Of a stretch of DNA of 64,000 bases, positions 9,471-18,080 are shown one piece after another; positions within the stretch are counted from its first letter, which is position 1; each line of letters begins with the position of its first letter. A program made the translations under genes and the position numbers. The notes beneath the pieces were generated by a model. It had not been told where the DNA came from, did no database searches, and saw only the letters and a program-made list of their open reading frames with translations. Origin of the DNA: Candidatus Latescibacterota bacterium (GTDB lineage: Bacteria > Latescibacterota > UBA2968 > UBA8231); the NCBI GenBank assembly GCA_965248265.1, contig CBDFJF010000001.1:896001-960000 (forward strand), written 5' to 3'.

Positions 9471-11222
9471 ATGAAAGCTTGGTGTCGAATTGGCTTGGCA
9501 TTGCTGGCACTCGCAAGTACGGTCGTACGGGTCGGGGCCGGCCAAAGCAATCTCCAGGACAAGAAGATCATCATGGGAGGTGGGATGGGCATGCCCCACG
9601 TGCGGGATTTGGCAGAGCACGTCGCCGCCATGGAAGCGCACGCGTCGTTTGACGGGGTGGCCATCTATCCGCCATACGTGACCAAGGGCGACGATGTGAT
9701 CAGCATCGGGCATCCCTTCTACGAGGGCCGGCGGCTCGACATCGAGGATTTCAAGGAAGCGGCTGCGCGTCTGCAAGCGGCCAGGGCCACACGCTATCGG
9801 CACAACTTCCTGTGGACCTACGTGACCACTGGCGACGTCGACGTCGAAACGCCCGACTGGTTCGACCCGGAGTTCGACACGGTCGTCCACAACTGGAAGG
9901 TCGAGGCCGAGTTCTGCAAGCGGGCCGGCCTGGCCGGCATCATGTTCGACAGCGAGCAGTACTACGGCCGGAAGATGTTCAGCTATCAGGGCGCGAAATA
10001 CCGGGACACCAAGACAGCTCAGGAGTATGCCGAGCGGATGTTCGACTACGGGGCGCAGATCATGCGGGCCGTCAACACCGTCCACCCAGACATCAAAATC
10101 ATGTTCCTCAACGGCCCGACCATCTACGCGTGGGAAGGCGATGAGGCAGCGTACGGTATGACACGTCACTTCTTCGATGGCATGCTCTCCCAGTGCACGG
10201 GCATGGCTCAGGTGATCGACGGTTTCGGACACGCATACGGATTCCGCCATGGGATTTCCTACTCGTCGAGCCGGCGGATGATGAAACAGAGACTGCGTGG
10301 CTTGAGTCGCGTCCCCGGCAAGTTCGACCGGCATTTCCGCGCCGCATTCGGCGTCATCATTGGGCCGAACTGGCCGTACCGGATCTCGGATGTCCCCTTT
10401 CCCGAGGACGTGTCACGCAGTTACTACACGCCTGCCGAATTCGAATACGCCCTAAACCAGGCGCTCGAGTACAGTGACGAGTATGTCTGGACGTACTCCT
10501 TGGGCTGCACCTGGTGGGAAGGTGGGGCGAAGAAGCCCGGGGACGTCATCCCCCAAGCCTACCGCGACGCCCTGCTCGCGGCCAAGCAGCCCCACCCCTA
10601 CATACCGGTGCTGCGCAATCTGGACGCCCACGTCGCCCTGCGTCCGGGCAGCGCCCTGCCTCCCCGCAAGTTGAGCCAGCCGGTGAGAGGTTACGCAGAG
10701 GCGGACGAATTCCAGACGTATGACGAGGAAGCGACGTTCGGTGCCCTGTGGACGGAGTACCGATTCCTGGCCGACCTGCCGCATCTGTGGCGGTTTCGCA
10801 TTGACCCATACGACACCGGGGTGAAGGAGGGATGGTTCGGTCCCGTAGTGAACGAACGGAACTGGTTATGGATCACCAGTGAGCTGCCCTGGGACAATCA
10901 AGGGTACCGTCTCTACGACGGTTACGGATGGTATCGACAGGAGTTCGATGCTCCCGCCCTGCCCGATGACACGAAGGTCTTTCTCGCTTTCGGGGGCGTG
11001 GCGCATGGCGCAGAGGTTTACCTGAACGGTACCAAGGTAGGCGAACACAACATGGACAGCTCACCCTGGGAGAGCCGCAGGTTGCCAGACACGTGCTTCC
11101 TGATCGACGTCAGCGGCTCGCTCAAGAGCGGCCAAGAGAACCTGCTGGCCGTCCGCGTCGTCGACTATGGCATGTACGGTGGCGGAATCTGGAAACCCGT
11201 CAAGCTGATCGCCAGGAAATGA
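9471..11222 (+). CDS. Secreted protein: uncharacterised barrel domain plus C-terminal GH2-type sugar-binding domain
   Basis: Signal-peptide-like N-terminus; C-terminal WRFRIDP..G..EGWF, YDGYGWYRQEF, FGGV..GAEVYLNG, GGIWKPV. Confidence 0.7.
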   Translation: MKAWCRIGLALLALASTVVRVGAGQSNLQDKKIIMGGGMGMPHVRDLAEHVAAMEAHASFDGVAIYPPYVTKGDDVISIGHPFYEGRRLDIEDFKEAAARLQAARATRYRHNFLWTYVTTGDVDVETPDWFDPEFDTVVHNWKVEAEFCKRAGLAGIMFDSEQYYGRKMFSYQGAKYRDTKTAQEYAERMFDYGAQIMRAVNTVHPDIKIMFLNGPTIYAWEGDEAAYGMTRHFFDGMLSQCTGMAQVIDGFGHAYGFRHGISYSSSRRMMKQRLRGLSRVPGKFDRHFRAAFGVIIGPNWPYRISDVPFPEDVSRSYYTPAEFEYALNQALEYSDEYVWTYSLGCTWWEGGAKKPGDVIPQAYRDALLAAKQPHPYIPVLRNLDAHVALRPGSALPPRKLSQPVRGYAEADEFQTYDEEATFGALWTEYRFLADLPHLWRFRIDPYDTGVKEGWFGPVVNERNWLWITSELPWDNQGYRLYDGYGWYRQEFDAPALPDDTKVFLAFGGVAHGAEVYLNGTKVGEHNMDSSPWESRRLPDTCFLIDVSGSLKSGQENLLAVRVVDYGMYGGGIWKPVKLIARK

Positions 11223-11313
11223 GAAGCTCGGCATCGAGGAGGTATCCCTATTTGCCACTCCTCGCTTGCTTCGTCTTGTTCAGGTGAAGGAGTGCCCATG
11301 CTCGGGATCCATA

Positions 11314-12828
11314 TCAACGGAGCAAGAAGCCAGAGAAGTCATAGGACAGGACGGCCGTGAAAGCCGCGCCTTCTCCCGGCTTGCTCTGTACCAGAATCTC
11401 GCCGTTGTGATCGCGCATGATTTGATAGCAAATCGACAGTCCGAGCCCTGATCCGACCCCCACGCCTTTCGTGGTGAATCCAGGCTCGAAGATCTTTTCG
11501 AGGTTCTCATCGGAGATACCGATACCGGTGTCTTGGACCGTCACGTGCAGTTTGTCGCCCTCTTTCGATGTGGTCAGGGTAATCCTTCCGGTGCCCTCAA
11601 TGGCCTCGATCGCATTGACCAGAAAACAGAGGAAAACCTGGTTCAAGCGGCCAGGGTAGCAGACAATCGGCGGGACCTCGCCGTAATTTCTGATCACCTC
11701 AATGCGATCTCCCAGATCGTGTTGGACGAGCCTCAGTGTGTCATCGAGGCCGGAGTGGATGTCTACCTTGTTCAATTCCGCCTCATCCAGACGGGCAAAA
11801 TTCTTCAGACTCTGCATAACGGTAGACACGCGTTCCGACCCGTTCCTGATCACGTCCGCGCTGTCGGCAACGACCCGCAGGATCGCATCTGCTCTGCTGC
11901 GTCCGCGACTATCGGTCGAAAGTGATTCCTCCAGCAGGACCTTGAGCTTTTCCGCTGCCCGGCCAAGTGTGTCGTGAACGCTCGACATCGCCCCGATCGG
12001 GGTGTTGATCTCGTGGGCGATCCCGGCTACTAGATTGGCCATCGCAGCCATCTTTTCGGACTGGACCAGTTGCACTTGTGTCTCCTGCAGTTCCCTGTTC
12101 GTCTTCTCCAGTTCGGTCAAACTGTCCTGGAGTTGCTTTTGAAGCTTCTTGAGTTGGGTAATATCGTGGGCGTAGATACGCACGAGATTGTTCGACGCCA
12201 TATAGGTCGTCTTCTGTTCATAGATATGGCCCTCAACCTCCAGCTCGCGCAGATACGATTCTTCCTCACCCTCCTCAAGCGAGCGAATGATCGCCTCCAG
12301 ACCATCGAGCATGGGATGCTGCAGTCCGGCCGCCGACAGATCCGGAAACCTCTCCTGGGCAACAGGATTGATGTAGGTCACCTTGCCGCCCAGATCCGTC
12401 TCGATAACTGGGTTAGGATTCTGCTCTGGAAACGTCGCCAGCCGACGGAGTGCCTCCTCCGCACGCTTGAGCTCGGTAATATCGTAGGCGTAAATGCGCA
12501 CGAGATTGTTCGACGCCATGTAGGTCGTCTTCTGTTCGTAAACATGACCTTCAACTTCGAGCTCGCGCAGATTCGACTCTTCCTCACCTTCCTCCAGCGA
12601 ACCAATGATCGACTCCAGATCGTTGAGCATGGGATGGGCAAGTCCGGCCGTCGACAAGTCCGGAAACCGCGCCCGGGCAACAGGATTGAGATAGGTCACC
12701 TTGCCTGCCAGATCCGTTTCGATAACTGGATTAGGATTCTGTTCCGGAAACGTCGCCAGCCGACCCAGGGCCTCCTCCGCGCGCTTGAGCTCGGCCTCTC
12801 TCGCTGCCAGTTCGGCCGATTCATTCAT
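11314..12828 (-). CDS. Histidine kinase with two tandem PAS-like repeats
   Basis: H-box AGIAHEINTP, G boxes DTGIG and GSGLGL; AGGAG RBS before ATG 12828. Confidence 0.92.
   Translation of the reverse strand: MNESAELAAREAELKRAEEALGRLATFPEQNPNPVIETDLAGKVTYLNPVARARFPDLSTAGLAHPMLNDLESIIGSLEEGEEESNLRELEVEGHVYEQKTTYMASNNLVRIYAYDITELKRAEEALRRLATFPEQNPNPVIETDLGGKVTYINPVAQERFPDLSAAGLQHPMLDGLEAIIRSLEEGEEESYLRELEVEGHIYEQKTTYMASNNLVRIYAHDITQLKKLQKQLQDSLTELEKTNRELQETQVQLVQSEKMAAMANLVAGIAHEINTPIGAMSSVHDTLGRAAEKLKVLLEESLSTDSRGRSRADAILRVVADSADVIRNGSERVSTVMQSLKNFARLDEAELNKVDIHSGLDDTLRLVQHDLGDRIEVIRNYGEVPPIVCYPGRLNQVFLCFLVNAIEAIEGTGRITLTTSKEGDKLHVTVQDTGIGISDENLEKIFEPGFTTKGVGVGSGLGLSICYQIMRDHNGEILVQSKPGEGAAFTAVLSYDFSGFLLR
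12158..12793 (-). repeat. Intragenic tandem duplication, 318-bp unit (106 aa)
   Basis: gtaatatcgt(g/a)ggcgta... recurs at 12158 and 12476; protein repeat ELKRAEEAL.RLATFPEQNPNPVIETDL...LVRIYA.DIT. Confidence 0.92.
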
Positions 12829-12902
12829 TGACTTTCTCCTTGCTCGCACACTTCGCTTTGAGGTCTGCCGAATCCCAGTCTGACACGGACCGTGGGCTGT
12901 AC

Positions 12903-13577
12903 TTAACAACCAGGCTTTTCCATTCCCGCGAGGGCGGTGTCCACCAGCCCCAACAGCCTAACCAGCTTAGCAGATAGAATATCGATAATGTTTCTGTGAA
13001 CCTTGGCCTCCAAGGCAGGTTCGCTTTTGAGCAGCTGTTGAAAGTGGGAATAGCCAAGGCAGAGAACCTTGCTCTTTTCGGTTGCTTCGAGAACCACCGG
13101 TCGCGGCCGGTTGGCTATGAATCCGAGTTCACCGACCGTCGTTACCGGCGCAACCGTGACGCTCTGCGATCCGTTTTTCGCCGTCGCTCTCAACCCACCA
13201 GATAGCAGGATGTACATATGATCGCTGCTGTCGCCGCCGCATACCTGCTGCCCGGGATCATATGAGTCGACGTGGCAAATTTTGAGGATCTTGCGGATCT
13301 GGCCATCATGAATCCCATCAAGGAAAGGGAGCTGATGGAGCACGGATGTGGGCGATCGCTCAGACTTGCTTGGCTTCGCTTCGGGTTCCTGTCCGTCTGA
13401 CGTGCCCTTTGCTTGAGGTTCGAATGGGGACTCCACTTGCCGCAGGTCGAGCAGCCACTCATACCGTTTGTCTATGTGGCCTTCTCGCATGCGCAACTCC
13501 GTGTTGAAATCGAACAAACACAAACCTGTGGCACGTGCCAGTCGCAATATAAACGGAGACTCTCGCCGTGCCCACAC
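12903..13577 (-). CDS. Cyclic nucleotide-binding domain protein (start uncertain)
   Basis: LPFLDGI, HMYILLSGGL, VGELGFIANRPRPVVLEA resemble the cNMP-binding fold. Confidence 0.7.
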   Translation of the reverse strand: MWARRESPFILRLARATGLCLFDFNTELRMREGHIDKRYEWLLDLRQVESPFEPQAKGTSDGQEPEAKPSKSERSPTSVLHQLPFLDGIHDGQIRKILKICHVDSYDPGQQVCGGDSSDHMYILLSGGLRATAKNGSQSVTVAPVTTVGELGFIANRPRPVVLEATEKSKVLCLGYSHFQQLLKSEPALEAKVHRNIIDILSAKLVRLLGLVDTALAGMEKPGC

Positions 13578-13773
13578 CCTTACGTTCGACGATCAACGGT
13601 GTCTCTTTGACAGCTGCCACCGTCGAAGGTGAAGAAGAATCTCGATCTGAATCCATTGACAGATTGGTCCGGGTTTCGTTTTCTATGCCGCAGATACTGC
13701 CCTTTAGTCCGTCGACCACAGCTCATTTGTGCAAGGATGATAGCAAATAGGCAACCCACGCCGGTCAGGAACA

Positions 13774-13789
13774 TGGAACTGTAGTTGCA
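13774..13789 (+). promoter_or_regulatory. Putative sigma-54 promoter
   Basis: TGGAAC-TGTAG-TTGCA (GG-N10-GC), 30 bp upstream of ATG 13820. Confidence 0.65.
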
Positions 13790-13819
13790 GCACATAGTTT
13801 TACATGAAGGGAGTCGCAC

Positions 13820-14299
13820 ATGATTCCAGGCAGCATAAAGAGTTTCTTAGAGGAGGAGGCGACCGTGGCCGTCGCTGGCACTCGAAACGGGGACAATATT
13901 CCCCAGGTTCATCGAGTGTCCGGGTGGAGGGTAGATCCAGATGGTCAGGCCATAAGCTGTTTGATTCCCGCCAGCTACGCTGAGGAACTTGCGGCCAACC
14001 TTCAGGACAACGGTCGACTTGCGCTTACTCTGGAGCAGCTCGGCTCACACAAAACCTACCAGTTCAAAGGGGATTTTCTGGACTCCAGACCAGCTGACGA
14101 CGACGACCGCACAATTGCCGAGCAGCAGGCACAAGTGTTCGGAACAACGCTCGGCAGCCTTTTTGGCGTACCGGACGAGATAGGCCAGGCTTTCATGCCA
14201 CCTCCCAGCTTGGTCGTTCGTTTCACCGTGCGTGAAATTTTTCTCCAGACGCCTGGGCCAGGTGCCGGCCAGCGGCTCGTACCACCGGAGGAACAGTAA
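13820..14299 (+). CDS. Pyridoxamine 5'-phosphate oxidase-like FMN-binding protein
   Basis: VAGTRNGDNIP, NLQDNGRLAL, TYQFKG, FLQTPGPGAG. Confidence 0.75.
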   Translation: MIPGSIKSFLEEEATVAVAGTRNGDNIPQVHRVSGWRVDPDGQAISCLIPASYAEELAANLQDNGRLALTLEQLGSHKTYQFKGDFLDSRPADDDDRTIAEQQAQVFGTTLGSLFGVPDEIGQAFMPPPSLVVRFTVREIFLQTPGPGAGQRLVPPEEQ

Positions 14300-14709
14300 T
14301 GGCAGATGTCGAGCTTCCCGAGGAAATCAAGGAAGTGATGCAGAACGGGATCCCGGCGATTATCGTGACTTCCTCCGCTGCCGGAGTTCCCAACGCGACC
14401 ATCATCTCCCAGGCCTACTATGTGGACTCCAGCCACATAGCCCTCTCCTTCCAGTTCTTCAACAAGACCGTACGCAACGTCCGAGAAAATCCGCACGCCT
14501 GTCTCTGTCTTAACGATATCGTCGGAGGCGCCAACTGGATTCTTCATATCCGTTACGATCACTCCGAGAGCGAAGGCGGTATCTTCGATGAGATGGACAT
14601 GCAGATCGAGGCGATTGCCTCAGCAACTGGCATGGCCGGCATCTTCAAGTTGAAGGCCGCGGATATGTACGACGTGACCTCGGTCGAGAAGAAAGCTACC
14701 ACCCGGTAG
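14299..14709 (+). CDS. Pyridoxamine 5'-phosphate oxidase-like FMN-binding protein
   Basis: IVTSSAAGVPNAT, VDSSHIALSFQFFNKTVRNVRENP; TAATG coupling to upstream gene. Confidence 0.78.
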   Translation: MADVELPEEIKEVMQNGIPAIIVTSSAAGVPNATIISQAYYVDSSHIALSFQFFNKTVRNVRENPHACLCLNDIVGGANWILHIRYDHSESEGGIFDEMDMQIEAIASATGMAGIFKLKAADMYDVTSVEKKATTR

Positions 14710-14728
14710 CTCTAAGGAGTCCCCTCGG

Positions 14729-16192
14729 GTGAACGAAGAAGAGCTCGGCGAGGAGCTACGTCGAAAAGCCGCTGAAGTAGAAATTCTGCGGCGAGCTTCG
14801 CTCAATATCAACACAACCCTCGATCTGCGGGAAATCTTCGACGTCGTGCTGCACACGATGGACGAGCTCTTCGACTTCCAGCATTCGATCATCCTCCTGC
14901 CGGAGGGGGCATCGCTGCAGGTCGTGGCCAGTCGCGGGTACGAGGACCAAGCGTTGGGGGGCAAGGTGGCTGTTGGCACCGGAGTGGTCGGTATGGTCGC
15001 GAAGCGGCGCAAGCTCATGCGCGTGAGCAACCTCGGCCAACAACGAGCGTATGCCGCGACGATCCGCGAGCAGATGGAGGAGGCTGGACGAACCAGCGAA
15101 CTGCGTGATGTCGTTCCAGTGCCCGGCCTGCCCGATGCAGAGCATCAGATCGCCATTCCCCTCGTCATCGACGACTCCCTCATCGGTGTGTTCTCGGTAG
15201 AGAGTCCCATACAGAAGGCCTTCAGCGAACATGATGAGCTGCTGGTTACGATTGTCGCCAATCAGGCTGCCAGTGCTATCCAGAATGCCCAGCTGTACGC
15301 TGCCGCGGAGCGGCGGCAACAAGAGCTGACCACGGCCCACGCGAGCTTGAAATCGCTGAATGAAACGCTGGAGGATCGCGTCCAGTCGCGTACGGCAGAG
15401 TTGGAGCGGGCCAACCATGAGCTGCGGGAAACACAGGCACAGCTGGTGCAGTCAGACAAAATGGCCTCTCTAGGCATGTTGTCTGCCGGTATCGCCCATG
15501 AGATCAACACGCCCATCGGCGCCATCAAGTCCAGTACCGACGTTGGTAGCCGTGCGCTCAAAATCATCCAGGAATCCTTTCAGGAGCCGTCGCTGGCCGA
15601 CCTCCTGCAGGAGCACCCGCGCCTGAGCCGCGCCCTGCACGCGATCAAGGACACTGGGGAGACGACGCTGGAGGCGACCGAGCGTGTCCGCTCCATCGTC
15701 CAATCACTCAAAGATTTCGCCAACCTGGACCAGGCCGAGTTACAGCTCGTCGATCTGCACGTGGGCATCGACAGCACACTCACACTGATACAACACTTGC
15801 TCAGGGAGCGGGTCGAGGTCGTTCGCAACTACGCATCGCTGCCTGAAGTGCAGTGTTTCGTGAGTCAGATCAATCAGGTGTTCATGAACCTTTTGACGAA
15901 TGCCGTACAGGCCATCGAGGGTGAGGGCAAAATCACGATCACGACCCGCCGGGAGGATGCGTTGGCGGTCGTCGAGATTGCCGAGACAGGGCGTGGGATC
16001 AAGCCTGAACAACTGGAGCGAGTGTTCGATCCTGGCTTTACCACCAAGGGAGTCGGCGTCGGTGTTGGTCTCGGGTTGTCGATCGCTTATCGCATCATCG
16101 AGGAGCACAATGGCACGATCGATCTCCGAAGTGACGTGGGCAGGGGAACAACATTCACGCTCAGGCTCCCCTTCGCATCACCGCCAGGTTAG
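14729..16192 (+). CDS. GAF-domain histidine kinase
   Basis: GAF (GTGVVGMVA, IAIPL, IVANQAASAIQNAQLY), H-box AHEINTP, NQVFMNLLTNA, GLGL. Confidence 0.92.
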   Translation: MNEEELGEELRRKAAEVEILRRASLNINTTLDLREIFDVVLHTMDELFDFQHSIILLPEGASLQVVASRGYEDQALGGKVAVGTGVVGMVAKRRKLMRVSNLGQQRAYAATIREQMEEAGRTSELRDVVPVPGLPDAEHQIAIPLVIDDSLIGVFSVESPIQKAFSEHDELLVTIVANQAASAIQNAQLYAAAERRQQELTTAHASLKSLNETLEDRVQSRTAELERANHELRETQAQLVQSDKMASLGMLSAGIAHEINTPIGAIKSSTDVGSRALKIIQESFQEPSLADLLQEHPRLSRALHAIKDTGETTLEATERVRSIVQSLKDFANLDQAELQLVDLHVGIDSTLTLIQHLLRERVEVVRNYASLPEVQCFVSQINQVFMNLLTNAVQAIEGEGKITITTRREDALAVVEIAETGRGIKPEQLERVFDPGFTTKGVGVGVGLGLSIAYRIIEEHNGTIDLRSDVGRGTTFTLRLPFASPPG

Positions 16193-16297
16193 ACTCGGAT
16201 GTCAATCGCATATTGGGCCTTGCTCGATCTGTGGCTGATTCCGACGGGTTGCCTAGCAATCGATAGGGAAAAGATCGCTAACATTGAGTGAGGTCTT

Positions 16298-17812
16298 GTG
16301 ACCGGATCACATCTTCACATCTCTCTGCAGCAACTGACCAACTGCATCAGCCGGATCACTGACCCACCGGATGGACAGGCGGGTTCGTTGCACGAACTGG
16401 CCGGAAAGGTTGTTCGCGATCTGAACGAAACGTTGCGCGATCCGGAAAGTGGAGAGTCGACGGCTGCGCTTGTCCGCTTCTTCATGACCATCGAACACGA
16501 GAGTCTTGACGACTCCGTGTCGAGTTCCATCGCCGATCGTTTCCCGGGTCTTGCACCCCAACCAGAGACTAAATGTCTGACTCTCATGGGCACCGCCGGA
16601 GACGAGCTTGACTGGTGCGACATTGAAAGATCCCAAGGGCATCGCTCGGTTCCACTGATAAGCGAGAAGTGGGTGAATCAGATCCCCATGATCGCTCGTC
16701 TCGTGTTGGAACTAGGGTTGGAGATCCACCAGGTCATAACACCTGCTGCAGACCAAGCGATGGAACAAGAGAAACAGGACTTTCGCGTCTTTCACGTCGA
16801 GGAAGCACTCGACAGTGAGTACATACCGGACCAGGAGTTCGTCGTGTCTCACGGGATCCGTTCGGTTCTGGGTTTCGGGGGCATGCTGCCCACTGGTCAC
16901 CTGTTTGTTGTGATCGTGTTCTCGAAGGCAAAAATTTCGCTGGAGACAGCGCTTTTGTTCCGTACTGTCGCCCTGGGCGTACGGATGATGATGCTTCCCC
17001 TCCTGAAGAAGAAGATCCTCGCCGGGGAGAAGGGGGTCTACGAAGAGGTTGAAAGTCTGCAGGCAGTTACCAGGGCCCAGGCGCAGTTGCTGGCAGTGTT
17101 CCGCACCACCGTGATCGAGCAATCCGACAAGCTGGATCAGACCCTGGCTGAACTGCAGACGACGAACGCCGACCTGCGCACCACTCTCGACGAGCTGAAG
17201 GATGCCCAGTCGCGACTCGTCGATTTCGAGGCAAAGCTCGTGTCGAAGTATGCCGTTGAGAAGCTCAGGGATCCCTCCACCTACAAGGTTGCCTTTATAG
17301 TGGGGACCTTGATCAATCTCTTCGGCCATATCCTGGTTCCTTTCTTGCGTGACCGGCCGAATGTGGGGGAAGCGTTTATCAGCGAGTTGGATGCGCGTCC
17401 CGCACTTGCCGCGATTTCGATCGCCATCGCCTACCTGTTTCCCATCATCGTCCAGGTTCATTCGGCGGTAACGGGCCGTCTCCGTGGTCACGGAACCGAG
17501 ATGCGCGCTGCGTTCGCGGACAGTACGCCGGACCCGGTGTTTCGAGCGGCCGTAGACGGCCGTATCATAGATGCCGGCGCCGGCACTCGTGCCTTGCTGA
17601 CCCGATACGACTTGGACACTGCCCAGGACGTTCTCGGCGTCCAGTTATGGGGAAAGATTCTCGAAGCGCAGCGCGGTGGCAGTCAGCTCCAACGCGAGAC
17701 GTACGTCCGCGTCGAAGCACTCAACGATTCGTTCTTTGTGGCATACTCCAGAGCGGCTAACGGTGCGGTGAACATCTATCTTACGGCGGCTGAACCCCGA
17801 GGAACTTCATAA
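16298..17812 (+). CDS. Multidomain sensor: uncharacterised GAF-like domain, coiled coil, NrtS-like membrane segment, PAS-like fragment
   Basis: N-terminal ~235 aa align by eye with 53326..54078; YKVAFIVGTLINLFGH...IAYLFPIIVQVHSAV resembles 29561..29869; AFADSTPDPVFRAAVDG resembles the FPEQNPNPV PAS start. Confidence 0.72.
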   Translation: MTGSHLHISLQQLTNCISRITDPPDGQAGSLHELAGKVVRDLNETLRDPESGESTAALVRFFMTIEHESLDDSVSSSIADRFPGLAPQPETKCLTLMGTAGDELDWCDIERSQGHRSVPLISEKWVNQIPMIARLVLELGLEIHQVITPAADQAMEQEKQDFRVFHVEEALDSEYIPDQEFVVSHGIRSVLGFGGMLPTGHLFVVIVFSKAKISLETALLFRTVALGVRMMMLPLLKKKILAGEKGVYEEVESLQAVTRAQAQLLAVFRTTVIEQSDKLDQTLAELQTTNADLRTTLDELKDAQSRLVDFEAKLVSKYAVEKLRDPSTYKVAFIVGTLINLFGHILVPFLRDRPNVGEAFISELDARPALAAISIAIAYLFPIIVQVHSAVTGRLRGHGTEMRAAFADSTPDPVFRAAVDGRIIDAGAGTRALLTRYDLDTAQDVLGVQLWGKILEAQRGGSQLQRETYVRVEALNDSFFVAYSRAANGAVNIYLTAAEPRGTS

Positions 17813-18080
17813 CCCGACCGCGTTCCGTTCTATTGACACGGAGACACCATAGAGGCCGTGTTGTGAGAGATGCAGACGCCGCCAAACGAACTGGCGGCCT
17901 CCGTCTTGAAGTAACGGCCTTCTCCTCTCCCAGCAATCTCGACGGTGATGTCGCTGGACGGGCTGACGGCCCCTTAAGACCAGACGGTGAGCGCGTACTA
18001 TCGCCGACCGACCTCACAGAGTCCGATGATCGCATTCACAGAGTGCTCGAAGCCAGACCTGAGCGATCCAGCCCTGTAGA

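Noticed and set aside
13459-13719. Frameshifted N-terminus of the cNMP-binding gene
   Set aside because: Plausible but no recognisable homology to support joining the frames
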